A DNA stretch of 64,000 nt from a virus. Its lineage: Duplodnaviria > Heunggongvirae > Uroviricota > Caudoviricetes. Of this stretch, positions 10,160 to 19,905 are shown in pieces. Made by a program: the position numbers and the translations under genes. The notes under the pieces were generated by a model that was given only the letters and a program-made list of their open reading frames with translations, did no database searches and had not been told where the DNA came from. Positions within the stretch are counted from its first letter, which is position 1. Every line of letters starts with the position of its first letter. The DNA lies in IMG/VR virus record IMGVR_UViG_2576861193_000004, positions 42,259 through 106,258 of that record, one strand, 5' to 3'.

Positions 10160-11080
10160 TTATTCCTGTGCGGCAGTAACTTCTACAGTTGCTGTCGCTT
10201 TGTGGCTACCATCTTGGGTAGTAACCTCGATTGTGGCAGTACCAGCCGCAACGCCAGTTACAACACCGGTTTCGCTATCCACCGTTGCAAACTCGGTATT
10301 TTTGGATTCCCAAGTAACGGTTTTATTTGTGGCTCCTGCCGGCTCGACATTTGCGGTCAGCTGAACAGTTTTGTTTGCCTCAACGGTTGTGCTATTTGGG
10401 TCGATTTCGACGGCGGTAACAGCCACAACAGGCGCAGTTACTTCCACCGTTGCAGTTGCCTTTTTGCTGCCATCTTGGGAAACGATCTCAATCGTCGCAG
10501 TGCCAACTTCTACACCAGTAACGTTCCCGCTCTGGTCTACCGTTGCCTTATCTTCATTTTTGGAAGACCAGGTAACAGCCTTATTCGTCGCATTTGACGG
10601 CTGAACATTCGCTTTCAGACTGACTGATTTCCCTTTCTCAACAGACGTTGATTCTGGCGTTACCGTTACGGATTGAACGGCTACCGGATTTACGGTGACT
10701 TCCACTGAAGCGGAAAGCTGGGTTTCCTGATCAGTTGCAGTAATTTTTACTTTGCCTGGTGCTACGCCAGTTACTAATCCAGTGCCGTTAACGGTTGCAA
10801 TTTGGTCATTTGCTGACTTCCAGGTGAATGAACTGGCACTCTTACCCATACTAATACCTGCACTAAGTTGAACAGTTTTCCCAACCAAAACTGACGGTGA
10901 AGCCGGGGTTATGTTTACGGATTGGGAGAGGGGAACCGCCTGCAAACAAGCAGATAGCTGACTTTGTTGCCGCTCGGTTAAAGGTTCATCGGAGATAGAA
11001 TTGGTAAATCCGGCACGGCACATATGCCCCGTAAAATCCGAAAATGCCTCTTCCGTAATCTTCATCTTTTGTTCTGGCAT
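10160..11080 (-). CDS. Ig-like (Big_2) triple-repeat protein, probable capsid decoration protein
   Basis: Three tandem copies of about 85 aa each (VTV.P..TVE..K.VQL.A.V.P..ATNK.VTW.S....ATVD..G.VTG...GTATI) immediately downstream of major capsid gene. Confidence 0.55.
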   Translation of the reverse strand: MPEQKMKITEEAFSDFTGHMCRAGFTNSISDEPLTERQQSQLSACLQAVPLSQSVNITPASPSVLVGKTVQLSAGISMGKSASSFTWKSANDQIATVNGTGLVTGVAPGKVKITATDQETQLSASVEVTVNPVAVQSVTVTPESTSVEKGKSVSLKANVQPSNATNKAVTWSSKNEDKATVDQSGNVTGVEVGTATIEIVSQDGSKKATATVEVTAPVVAVTAVEIDPNSTTVEANKTVQLTANVEPAGATNKTVTWESKNTEFATVDSETGVVTGVAAGTATIEVTTQDGSHKATATVEVTAAQE

Positions 11081-11153
11081 TTCTCGCTCCTACAAAAAGG
11101 GTGGGCGTATAGCCCACCCTTTAACATAGATAACTACTTATCTACTACACTGA

Positions 11154-12029
11154 TTAAATTTTTACATTGGTCAGTGCAGCGATAGCCTTATCGTGCTTAT
11201 TCGCCAGAGAGCAGTACCACTTCACACGGGTACGTACTGCGTCTTTGTTCTGTACAGTACCAATGTTTTCAACAACGATACCTGCGTTGTCGCCGCCATA
11301 CAGACCAGTAACGCCGTTCTCTTCTGACAGATGCAGGCAGTAGATGCTTGCTTTGCCAGAATCGGTCGGGATGAAGTCGTTGATGATGAACGGAACGCCG
11401 TTATGACACAGCATCGGACGACCGAAGTTCTCCATCATGATTTCAGACGGACCTACGTTTACTGTACGCAGCAGCGCACGGTAAGCACGCAGGTGCTCTG
11501 AACGCATCATGATGCAGTCAGCACCAAGATCTTTCACCGCATCGACCAGTTCGTCGAACATAGAGAAAGTCATAGATGCACCGGCGATATCGATCTTCTG
11601 ATCTGCGTGCATCAGGCGTGGAATGCCGTCAAACGCCTTGTTGTTGGAGCTGGAGTCACCCAAAATCAGGTTGCGACGGAACGCACGAGCCAGACCTTTA
11701 ACTTTCTGACGAACCTGAATAGCCAACTGGTTGTTGGTGTCGGCCATAGTGGTCGCCAGGAATTTATCAACGTCTACGTCACCAGCCAGAATACGCAGTT
11801 TCGCAACGCATTCTTCGAAGGTTGCTGCACCTTCAGGGATGGTGTCGTTAACGTCGATGAAGGTAGCTTCACTCAGCGTTTTTTCACGGTTGTACAGATA
11901 TGCCTTTGAATTAATTTTCATAAAAGGCAGGATGGCAAACAGGTCATCGCGATCGATGATAGTTTCGATCACACCCTGTTCAAGTTCGTTGTTAGACAGC
12001 TTTTCAGCTTCTTCACGCAGTAATGGCAT
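11154..12029 (-). CDS. major capsid protein (HK97 fold)
   Basis: 291 aa, position after scaffold and before decoration protein, composition typical of HK97-fold capsid proteins. Confidence 0.8.
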   Translation of the reverse strand: MPLLREEAEKLSNNELEQGVIETIIDRDDLFAILPFMKINSKAYLYNREKTLSEATFIDVNDTIPEGAATFEECVAKLRILAGDVDVDKFLATTMADTNNQLAIQVRQKVKGLARAFRRNLILGDSSSNNKAFDGIPRLMHADQKIDIAGASMTFSMFDELVDAVKDLGADCIMMRSEHLRAYRALLRTVNVGPSEIMMENFGRPMLCHNGVPFIINDFIPTDSGKASIYCLHLSEENGVTGLYGGDNAGIVVENIGTVQNKDAVRTRVKWYCSLANKHDKAIAALTNVKI

Positions 12030-12054
12030 CTATCAATTCCCTTTGATTTAGATG

Positions 12055-12942
12055 TTACTTAAGTCCAATTTTCCCCAGACCGGAGGCCAACTTATCCATA
12101 GTCGACTTGTTCTTCGGTTGGGATATTGTGTAGGTCGATTTGGAATGTGAGCCTACACCCTGCTTGGCTTCGCTACGCATCAATGCGTCAGCTTCCGGAT
12201 CTGCCCGCACAATGCGTTCAATCGCGGATTCAAACGGCAACGGCTTACCTTCACCGTCAACCAGAACAGCTCGTTCTTTGTGACCTGCCGGTTTGTCATA
12301 ACCCACTACGCTACCGTCTTCACCCACTTCAAAATGAGAACCGTAGATCACGCGGGCTTTTGCCGGGGTCATCAGAACTTTGTCACGTAGGAAGAGAGAG
12401 TTACTGAAGGAAGCGCCCACGGTCATCTCGACTAATTGAGATTTCAGTGATGCGTTTTCACTTTCCAGTGCTGCATAACGTTCGTCACGCTGTGCCAGCT
12501 CTGCCTGGTGTGCTTCGATCATCTGTTTTTTAACAGCATCGAACTCACCACGACGCTCCAGTTCAGCTTGCTCCGCCTCACGACGTGCGTTTTCTGCGGC
12601 CTGTTCAGCTTCTAAAAGCTGGCGAGCACGAGCCGGATCGATATCACCGTACTGAGCAAGCTGATCGGCCAATGTGCGCTCTTTCTCTTTGCGCTTCATG
12701 TTCTCCTTCAGCAGTTCAGCACCAGCTTTCTTGGTTTTACGAAGTTCGGCCAGTAACTCTTCCTGAGTCATGCCAGCGTATTCGTCATCGCCCTTCGGCT
12801 GCTCTTTTTGTTCACCCTGTTTGTCAGGATCTTGTGTACTCTGCTCATTATCAGCAGCTACACCGCCAGCGCCTCCACGCTCATGCGCTTCAGCAACATC
12901 CATCAGACCACGACGGGCCAAAAGCATTTGCCACAGATTCAT
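12055..12942 (-). CDS. head scaffolding protein
   Basis: 295 aa, highly charged helical repeats (AEQAAENARREAEQAELERR, ELAQRDERYAALESENASLKSQL) between portal and capsid genes. Confidence 0.55.
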   Translation of the reverse strand: MNLWQMLLARRGLMDVAEAHERGGAGGVAADNEQSTQDPDKQGEQKEQPKGDDEYAGMTQEELLAELRKTKKAGAELLKENMKRKEKERTLADQLAQYGDIDPARARQLLEAEQAAENARREAEQAELERRGEFDAVKKQMIEAHQAELAQRDERYAALESENASLKSQLVEMTVGASFSNSLFLRDKVLMTPAKARVIYGSHFEVGEDGSVVGYDKPAGHKERAVLVDGEGKPLPFESAIERIVRADPEADALMRSEAKQGVGSHSKSTYTISQPKNKSTMDKLASGLGKIGLK

Positions 12943-12963
12943 AAAAATTCCTTTTGTTACTTA

Positions 12964-14538
12964 TCACTCGTTCTCTTGAGTAGATGAGTCCCCATTCCCT
13001 CGGGGTTGATCTTGCCCGCTTTCTTGGGCCGCACCACGATCATAAGTAAGTACTGACTTATTTTCAAGGGTATTTAGATCATTTTTTGGAGGAAAATTCA
13101 AGAGATCTTTATCAAATTCCTTTTTCATCGCCTCAGTAATGTTCGGGAAAATCTTCTCAATAAGCATTTCCATCTGGTGACGACGTACAGAGTCCGGTGC
13201 CTGAAGTAATGACAGTTTCTCGGCAACAGAAAATTCATCAGTAAGGCCACGAATATCGAAACTTTCTGGATACGCAATTAAAGAGTGGTCTTCGTCCAGA
13301 TCTACCCCCATCCATTTCGCAACCAGTAGCATGATTTGGCGTTCAGCCCTTTCCAGACGCTCTGCTTTTGTGACAAGCAAGCTATTTACACGCTGGAAGT
13401 CATACATTTTTGCGGCACCAGATGAATTATCGATTCCCTGTGCGTTGTCCTGCTTCGTTCGCTCACCAGCTACACCAACTGAATGGTAGATTTCGTTAAT
13501 CACCGTCTTAATCGTAGTGATGATCATCTGAGCTTGTTTCGGGTCTGGTGACAGATAAAACGGCTGGTTTCCACCTTCAGAATCGTAGGTGAAGACTCGC
13601 TTTGTGCCCATTTCAAGCACTTTAGTGTGGTTTTCATCACCAGGTAAAAGCGACTGTACCGGTATAGCCAACTGGCTAAATGTCTGATCCTGAATAATGG
13701 CATCAAGGTTTGACAGATAGTTTGCAACCGCACGATCAAGATAAGCAATATCATCGATCAACGATGGGCTGAAATACGGTGATTCACTTTCTCCAATACA
13801 ATCAACAGGAAACACAGGAACTACGCCGAGATTATGCGCGCCGCTGTCCTCTAAAATAACTTTTGCCTGACGACGACCTGCTCCACCAGCCCCCTTCTTC
13901 ACTTCCTCACGGAACAGATACCACTCGTTTTGTGTCCACAGACGATAACGTTGGTATTCCTGACCTGTAGAAGTAAAAGGATCTGCGTCATCGCGAGCGA
14001 CTTCCACAATTAACGCCCATAACATATTCCCGTCGTCGTCCCATGCCACATCCAGCATTTGCTGAGGTGAAATCCAGTAGGCGTAGGCGCGAGCATCTTT
14101 CTTTTTCTCGTCAGCTACTGACTCAACATCACCACTCATCGTGCTATCGACAACAACCCATATGCGACCGTAAATAGACGACTGCAAATCAATAGCGGCC
14201 ATAAATGAGTCAATAGAGGCATTCTGGCGAGTCGCACGTTTCCAGAAATTGCGGATCTGCTCTGGTGCCTCTTCGATATTTCTATGAATGTCTTCTTTAA
14301 AGAGATATTTGTTGATGAGGTTTACCACCTCACGAGTGTGGTTGAAGCGATAAGCACGCTCAACTCGCTCCTTAAACTCCTGATCTCCCTCTTTAAAGTA
14401 ACGAAAGATATTGTCTGTAAACCAACCACGCCCGCCAGCGTAAGTGCTGGCGAGGAAGTCCCAATGTTCTTTTTTCTTTTCGTATTCCGGGTGGCGTCGC
14501 GCCACCAGATCCTTAATTTGTTTGTCGTTCAATTCCAT
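12964..14538 (-). CDS. portal protein
   Basis: 524 aa ORF directly downstream of large terminase; size and synteny. Confidence 0.8.
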   Translation of the reverse strand: MELNDKQIKDLVARRHPEYEKKKEHWDFLASTYAGGRGWFTDNIFRYFKEGDQEFKERVERAYRFNHTREVVNLINKYLFKEDIHRNIEEAPEQIRNFWKRATRQNASIDSFMAAIDLQSSIYGRIWVVVDSTMSGDVESVADEKKKDARAYAYWISPQQMLDVAWDDDGNMLWALIVEVARDDADPFTSTGQEYQRYRLWTQNEWYLFREEVKKGAGGAGRRQAKVILEDSGAHNLGVVPVFPVDCIGESESPYFSPSLIDDIAYLDRAVANYLSNLDAIIQDQTFSQLAIPVQSLLPGDENHTKVLEMGTKRVFTYDSEGGNQPFYLSPDPKQAQMIITTIKTVINEIYHSVGVAGERTKQDNAQGIDNSSGAAKMYDFQRVNSLLVTKAERLERAERQIMLLVAKWMGVDLDEDHSLIAYPESFDIRGLTDEFSVAEKLSLLQAPDSVRRHQMEMLIEKIFPNITEAMKKEFDKDLLNFPPKNDLNTLENKSVLTYDRGAAQESGQDQPRGNGDSSTQENE

Positions 14539-14550
14539 TTGAATAACCTT

Positions 14551-14570
14551 AGATAATTACTTACCTATCT
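14551..14570. promoter_or_regulatory. motif-2 palindrome
   Basis: agataattacttacctatct between TerL and portal. Confidence 0.45.
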
Positions 14571-15821
14571 AGAACCACCAAGAATAACACGGTTTTTGAC
14601 TGGATACCTACGATGTACTGGATAGCCCAATGCGTCTGCACTATGCTCAATGCCACCTGTCTTATCCATATCTCGTGTTCCAGGCTTGTAGATGACTTTT
14701 TCCAATGAATCAATCAAATGCTTGCACTTCGGATCGATATACAGCCGGATATCTCCAGATGCGGTCATCAGCATTCGGTTAACAGCATTAACACGATCCG
14801 CAATTGGCGGGTGCTTTTTCGAATAATCGACACGTAAGAATCCCTTCTCTTTGAATATGTCGACGTCAGACTCCCCGCGAGCATGTTGGCGATAAGCACC
14901 TGCCGGATCTGGAAATACCGTTATCTGTGATTTCCAGCGCCAGAAGCGTCTCTCAAGCTCATCACAAACCTCTGCCGTGTTAGAGGAAAAGAGCACCAAT
15001 TCATCAATTGCCCATAGCTCACCATTTGGCTGAGGTTGCAAAATTACTGAAGACATCGGGTCAATGTTGAAGTCCTGCCCTACCCATATAGGCAACCGAG
15101 GGTTGAACTGAAGCGGTTTTACATGCACGTTACGATCGAACGGGTAGTAAACGCGCCCGGACATGTTCTCAAAGCTCGCCAGGTACTCCTGAGCGAACGA
15201 TTTCGGGTCCATATCGTTCTTAGCAGCTTCAATTTCCGCCGTAGGCACAAACGGAGAATCGGCAGTTACAAACTGCCAGCTCTTCCACTGTCCCTTTCTT
15301 TGCAGCTCTACGTTCTGGCCTATAGTCCACAGTTTGTGAAATTCCGAGAAGCCTTTTGGCGTACCAATGATCAGTGCACCGCCGCGTGTCGATGAAAGAG
15401 TAGGTCGTAACACCTTGTACCAGGTGTCAGCCTTCATATCCTGAAATTCATCAAGCACTACAAAATGCAACGCTACGCCGCGCAGAGTGTCAGGCTTATC
15501 AGCACCTTTGAGGGCGATCTCCGAACCGTTCTTCAACACGATTGTCATCGTGGTGTCGTTCTTTTTCCTAACCCACTTACGAGGCAGAACTTCCTGTAGA
15601 TCGTCCCACAAAATCTGGCGAGCCATCTGGTAAGTAGGAGCGACATACCAGACCCTTTGCTTTTTTTCCTTTGCCGCCGCACGAATAATAGTGGAGATCG
15701 ACAACCGGGATTTTCCCCAGCGTCGACCAGCACAAACAACTTTAAATCGATGCGGAGACTGGAAGACTTTCATCTGTCCAGAATGCAGTTGCACAAGACT
15801 GAGCGAGGACGGGATTGCCAT
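14565..15821 (-). CDS. terminase large subunit
   Basis: 418 aa; Walker A VVCAGRRWGKS, Walker B-like VVLDEFQD, C-terminal nuclease-like region; start overlaps stop of TerS-like gene. Confidence 0.85.
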   Translation of the reverse strand: MAIPSSLSLVQLHSGQMKVFQSPHRFKVVCAGRRWGKSRLSISTIIRAAAKEKKQRVWYVAPTYQMARQILWDDLQEVLPRKWVRKKNDTTMTIVLKNGSEIALKGADKPDTLRGVALHFVVLDEFQDMKADTWYKVLRPTLSSTRGGALIIGTPKGFSEFHKLWTIGQNVELQRKGQWKSWQFVTADSPFVPTAEIEAAKNDMDPKSFAQEYLASFENMSGRVYYPFDRNVHVKPLQFNPRLPIWVGQDFNIDPMSSVILQPQPNGELWAIDELVLFSSNTAEVCDELERRFWRWKSQITVFPDPAGAYRQHARGESDVDIFKEKGFLRVDYSKKHPPIADRVNAVNRMLMTASGDIRLYIDPKCKHLIDSLEKVIYKPGTRDMDKTGGIEHSADALGYPVHRRYPVKNRVILGGSR

Positions 15822-16453
15822 TATTCGTCCTCCCCTTCACTTCCATCATCTGTCGCATCAAATTCGCTTAGAGCTTCTTCTTCCAACGTCTCAAGCAATT
15901 CGTCATCGATGATTTCAGGCTCGTCGTCTTCCTGACGTAATTTCGCCACCTGGGAAGGCGTAAGCTCACCAAATACCAGGTTCGGAATTTCTTCCTCGTC
16001 ATTTTCCGCATGATCCATGCCCAATGCTTTGGACGAAACTTCAAAGCATTTTGCAAGGGTATTACTGGCTCTCTGTAAGCTCTTGAGAGAATCCTCAATC
16101 GCCCCTAAAGGCCTACCCTCACGTTTGGCCGTAGTGACTTCGACCATCACCATCTGCCCCAACGCATACGCCCAGCCGTCATAACGTGTACGACGTTCTT
16201 CTATCTTTTCCGCACGGGCTTTAGCGCGAAGCTCTGCGTCAGATTTAAGAGACTCACGAACCATCTTCCCAACAGAGTCCGCGCCTTTCTCTAATCCTCG
16301 CTTTTTGAAATGTCTGGAGAGTGTTTCACGACGAATGCCGTACTCTTCCTCCAGCTTTGAGAGTGTATATTCGCCTGACGTCCATTTGGCTTCAGCTTCG
16401 GCCCACTCCGCTGGTGTCAGGCGAGTTTTTACCTCGTCTTTTTCGACCGTCAT
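15821..16453 (-). CDS. terminase small subunit (putative)
   Basis: 210 aa, N-terminal HTH-like segment (TLSKLEEEYGIRRETLSRHFKKRG), acidic C-terminus, translationally coupled to TerL. Confidence 0.5.
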   Translation of the reverse strand: MTVEKDEVKTRLTPAEWAEAEAKWTSGEYTLSKLEEEYGIRRETLSRHFKKRGLEKGADSVGKMVRESLKSDAELRAKARAEKIEERRTRYDGWAYALGQMVMVEVTTAKREGRPLGAIEDSLKSLQRASNTLAKCFEVSSKALGMDHAENDEEEIPNLVFGELTPSQVAKLRQEDDEPEIIDDELLETLEEEALSEFDATDDGSEGEDE

Positions 16454-16492
16454 AGATCCCTCTAAAACACACAGAGCGCGTCCATGCGCTCT

Positions 16493-16508
16493 AAAACAAC
16501 TTGTTTAC
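16493..16508. promoter_or_regulatory. motif-1 palindrome (AAACAAnTTGTTT)
   Basis: aaaacaacttgtttac upstream of TerS-like gene. Confidence 0.45.
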
Positions 16509-16518
16509 TGCATCTGCT

Positions 16519-16534
16519 AACCAACTTGTTTTCT
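16519..16534. promoter_or_regulatory. motif-1 palindrome
   Basis: aaccaacttgttttct. Confidence 0.45.
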
Positions 16535-16649
16535 GGGGTGTTTAATTAGGTCTGGGCATGTCTTATTAAGCCTGCTTCCGTATATATTTAATAAGTTACT
16601 TATTATTTATATATACAGAAGCAGGTCTTTAAATAAGCTCCCAGACCGA

Positions 16650-16916
16650 TTACATCACCAGTAACTTCGCTTTGGCTCGACCTAAAGTGGTTAACCCAAG
16701 AGTTCGGCGGTGATAGCGATTGTCACTGCGTTGGCGCGTATGCCCTTTCTCCACCAGCCCCTTTTTTATCAGAGCGCGAATTGAGAACTGGATACTTTGC
16801 TTGGTTGTCTTGTACGGCAAAACTTCAAGCAATTCGTCCAGATCAAGTAAATGACCTCGCTCATAACCGAGATTGAGCGTTTTGATGATGTCCTTTTGTT
16901 TATCGGTTAACGTCAT
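16650..16916 (-). CDS. small winged-helix DNA-binding protein (putative regulator)
   Basis: 88 aa; helix-turn-helix-like segment TTKQSIQFSIRALIKKGLVEK; last gene of 5-gene operon. Confidence 0.35.
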   Translation of the reverse strand: MTLTDKQKDIIKTLNLGYERGHLLDLDELLEVLPYKTTKQSIQFSIRALIKKGLVEKGHTRQRSDNRYHRRTLGLTTLGRAKAKLLVM

Positions 16917-16925
16917 GGCAAATCC

Positions 16926-17816
16926 TTATGCCGGTAAAGCAATTTCTAACGGTTTATCCAAAGGTTGTTTGTCGAATGCCAGCAGTGGCAGCGTGTCAGG
17001 CAGTCGACGACCAAAGTCAGGGTTTCGGTACACACCATACAACGGAGACGTAAAGCTCAGGTTGTGAATGTCCTTGAGCAGCTTCACAATGCTGGCCTCG
17101 TCCACCAGACTGTCGGCAATGTCCTGAATCGTCGTGCCACGATTCCGCCCAGCTTTTGCCAGGGAACTGTTCTTGTGGTAGTCCGCCACCAGATCACGCA
17201 GTGCACGGCGACGACGAGACTCGCTCATTGCGAACAACTCTTTGACGATCGCCTCGTTATCACCAGGGTCGGAACGGAAATGGCGCTGGAATACACGCAG
17301 TGCACTTTCATAGCTCTTCGGTCGCTCAGGGCGGATGAACTTAAACCCTGCTTTCATGGCGAAGGGATTGTATTTGCTCATCGAGGACTGGATCTCAATG
17401 ATTGGCCGGTCATGCATCCTGCTAACCAGGTTAATCATTCGATAAGAGACGCCTACGCCACGATACTGAGTATCCACAACTGAGCGACTGATCACCGCAA
17501 AGTTGTTATTCACGTACCGACCCCAGTACTGGTTAGCCACGGTGGTATTAGTGGTTGGTTTCAACTTAGGAAACATGCGGTGGCGAGGTGCCAGCAGTAG
17601 TTTCGGGTAAGCCATAACCACGACGCCCACCAGACGGTCATCAAGTTCGCAGCGATAGTAAGTTGGCGCGAAAGGTTTGCCGTCTGTTTTGTAGTGAAGC
17701 GACTTAAGAGCGTGCCAGTCCTCTACAGTTCCCTTTGTGACAGTCATTCGCTCCAGAAAGTCCAGATGACGCGGAAACTCTTCAGGGCGGTAGCGTTTAA
17801 TGATGATGTCCGTCAT
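16926..17816 (-). CDS. GNAT-fold acetyltransferase-like protein with long C-terminal extension
   Basis: 296 aa; acetyl-CoA motif-A-like QYRGVGVS and motif-B-like NPFAMKAGFKF; 4-nt overlap with upstream ATPase gene. Confidence 0.45.
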   Translation of the reverse strand: MTDIIIKRYRPEEFPRHLDFLERMTVTKGTVEDWHALKSLHYKTDGKPFAPTYYRCELDDRLVGVVVMAYPKLLLAPRHRMFPKLKPTTNTTVANQYWGRYVNNNFAVISRSVVDTQYRGVGVSYRMINLVSRMHDRPIIEIQSSMSKYNPFAMKAGFKFIRPERPKSYESALRVFQRHFRSDPGDNEAIVKELFAMSESRRRRALRDLVADYHKNSSLAKAGRNRGTTIQDIADSLVDEASIVKLLKDIHNLSFTSPLYGVYRNPDFGRRLPDTLPLLAFDKQPLDKPLEIALPA

Positions 17817-18478
17817 AAATGAACCTCATCATGACTACCATTGTGATATTCCACCTTCACGCGTTCTTTGTAGTGCTTGGTGATCTGCATATCCGGGCGC
17901 AGCGCGTTCTTCAGGTCTTCGTGAGTCGTCGCCACCATTACCGTCGCACCAACCTTTCGAGCGGCACGCTGGAGGTTAGATGCCACAACCTGAGCGGTTA
18001 CACGGTCTAGAACAGCACCGAACTCGTCAGCAGCCCACACTTTAGCGCCTGACTCAATCAGTTTGGCAATCTTGAGACGATATTTCTGACCGTCTGACAT
18101 TTCAGAAGGCTTGCGAACAAACAGATATGCATCGTTCAGACCAGCCATAGATAACAACCCAAGCGCATCGCTGGTCGTTTTGCCCAACTGATCGATGACG
18201 TTAACCTCATTATCGAAGGTAAAATCATCGATGGAGGCTACAGACAGCCCTTCATCCTTCATCTGTCGTTGCAACTCGCGCAGCACAACGGATTTGCCGG
18301 AACCGGATTGGCCGGTGATGTACACCACATCGCCCTGCTTCACTTCCAGCTCCAGATTGTCGTAAAGCGTCCACTCTTTTTCGTCCAGGCCAAGCCCGAA
18401 CGACTCAGCGATTTCCAACGTGCGCGTGGTTTTATTTACGCGTGTCTGAAACGATACGTTGATGATGTATTTGCTCAT
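17813..18478 (-). CDS. stand-alone ABC-type ATPase
   Basis: 221 aa; Walker A GQSGSGKS, signature-like LSDGQKYR, Walker B VWAADEF, H-loop TTHE; no transmembrane domain. Confidence 0.7.
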   Translation of the reverse strand: MSKYIINVSFQTRVNKTTRTLEIAESFGLGLDEKEWTLYDNLELEVKQGDVVYITGQSGSGKSVVLRELQRQMKDEGLSVASIDDFTFDNEVNVIDQLGKTTSDALGLLSMAGLNDAYLFVRKPSEMSDGQKYRLKIAKLIESGAKVWAADEFGAVLDRVTAQVVASNLQRAARKVGATVMVATTHEDLKNALRPDMQITKHYKERVKVEYHNGSHDEVHL

Positions 18479-19143
18479 GCAGCCATCTCCCCGGAAGAGA
18501 TCTTCTCCGCATATGCCACAAATGCGTCTACACCGCTTTCTCCCGTCATTTCTTCCATATGGGCAAGCAAATCACCAACAACAATGGCAGAGCCAGCAGG
18601 GAGCGTTTTAAAGCCCAATACGTCGACAACACGTACTTCTTCCGCTGCAACTTCATGACTGATCTCGGTGTGTTCATCCTTCTGTCGTTTAGTTTCTTCG
18701 CCAAGATCGATAACTAGCGAGTCGGTGTCCATTTCTTCTGTCATGCTGCCAACGAGAACATTCAACTCACGCTCTTCAAAGCCGAAAACCTCGATATCGT
18801 CCAGAACAAGCGACTCAAGCTCTTTCTGTAGCTTAATTGCATCGTAATCAATGCTGGCAAGTCGGTTATCTTCAAGACGCTTCGCACGAACCTCGTCATC
18901 ACTGAGATCATCGCGAACAATAACCGGTACGCGCTCAAGTCCAGCAAAAATTGCAGCCTCACGGCGGCCGTGGCCAGTAATAATTACGTCGTTCTTATCG
19001 ACCGTAATTGGCTGGTCAAATCCGCGCTTTTTAATGGCTGCGGCCAGATCTCGGATCTGCTGTTCATCATGCTTTTTGGCATTCATCTCATAGGGAATAA
19101 GATCTGCCGGGTCGCGATATACGATTTCAAACTTTTTGGTCAT
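18475..19143 (-). CDS. ParB/Srx-fold (ParB-like nuclease domain) protein
   Basis: Start set at ATG 19141-19143 (TAATG overlap with upstream stop); ParB-box-like IITGHGRREAA. Confidence 0.6.
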   Translation of the reverse strand: MTKKFEIVYRDPADLIPYEMNAKKHDEQQIRDLAAAIKKRGFDQPITVDKNDVIITGHGRREAAIFAGLERVPVIVRDDLSDDEVRAKRLEDNRLASIDYDAIKLQKELESLVLDDIEVFGFEERELNVLVGSMTEEMDTDSLVIDLGEETKRQKDEHTEISHEVAAEEVRVVDVLGFKTLPAGSAIVVGDLLAHMEEMTGESGVDAFVAYAEKISSGEMAA

Positions 19144-19841
19144 TACATACGCTCCTTGTAGTAGTCGACCAGCCACACCAGAGCCTCACCAGCGTTTTCC
19201 ATTTCATTGCCAGTATTAATTGCCTGGTCTTTGATGATGTTTTTTATGGTTTCTGCAACGCGATCTGACGCATCGAAAGTTACTTTGAAGCGCATGGTCT
19301 GATGTTCCGCACCGACACGTTCGGTTTTCTCTCGTTTGTCGGTATCGACAGGCTCATCACTACCACGAGACAACGCCTCCAGTGCTTCAAGGTCGATTGC
19401 CGCCTCTTTTGCTAAAACCATCGAGATTTCGTCGTCATACGGGGCGATTTCAGACAGTTGATAGTCAAGTTCTGACTGAATTTCTTCAATGAAGCGCTGC
19501 AATGCGATTTGGTCGTCTTCACCGTATCGCTCGTTGTCCACCAGTGACATCTGTTTAGCTACGACATCGCTAATTTTGCCCACAGAAAGCACCGGAACCG
19601 TTGAAATTCCTTGCTCAATAGCAGCACGCCAGCGATGTTCGCCGCCGAGGATTTCAAAAAATCCATCTTCAAGTTCACGAGCCAAAATTGGCTTAAAAAA
19701 GCCCAATTTTTCGATAGAACCTTTCAGTTTTTCAAAATTCTGCGCACCAACCGAATTGGTGTTCCAGGTATTCGGGCGAAGGTTGGCAACATCAACCTGC
19801 AAAATCGTGATTTTTACATCCATTTTATTGCTACAATCCAC
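19143..19841 (-). CDS. ParB/Srx-fold (ParB-like nuclease domain) protein
   Basis: 232 aa; ParB box II-like ILGGEHRWRAA; first gene of operon, motif-2 palindrome just upstream. Confidence 0.6.
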   Translation of the reverse strand: MDCSNKMDVKITILQVDVANLRPNTWNTNSVGAQNFEKLKGSIEKLGFFKPILARELEDGFFEILGGEHRWRAAIEQGISTVPVLSVGKISDVVAKQMSLVDNERYGEDDQIALQRFIEEIQSELDYQLSEIAPYDDEISMVLAKEAAIDLEALEALSRGSDEPVDTDKREKTERVGAEHQTMRFKVTFDASDRVAETIKNIIKDQAINTGNEMENAGEALVWLVDYYKERM

Positions 19842-19842
19842 T

Positions 19843-19866
19843 ATGTAATCACTTACTTATTATAAT
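19843..19866. promoter_or_regulatory. motif-2 palindrome
   Basis: atgtaatcacttacttattataat in divergent region between ParB-like operon and helicase. Confidence 0.45.
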
Positions 19867-19905
19867 AGCCAAATAACATACAAAAGGCACTAAGGAAAGA
19901 GGTTT

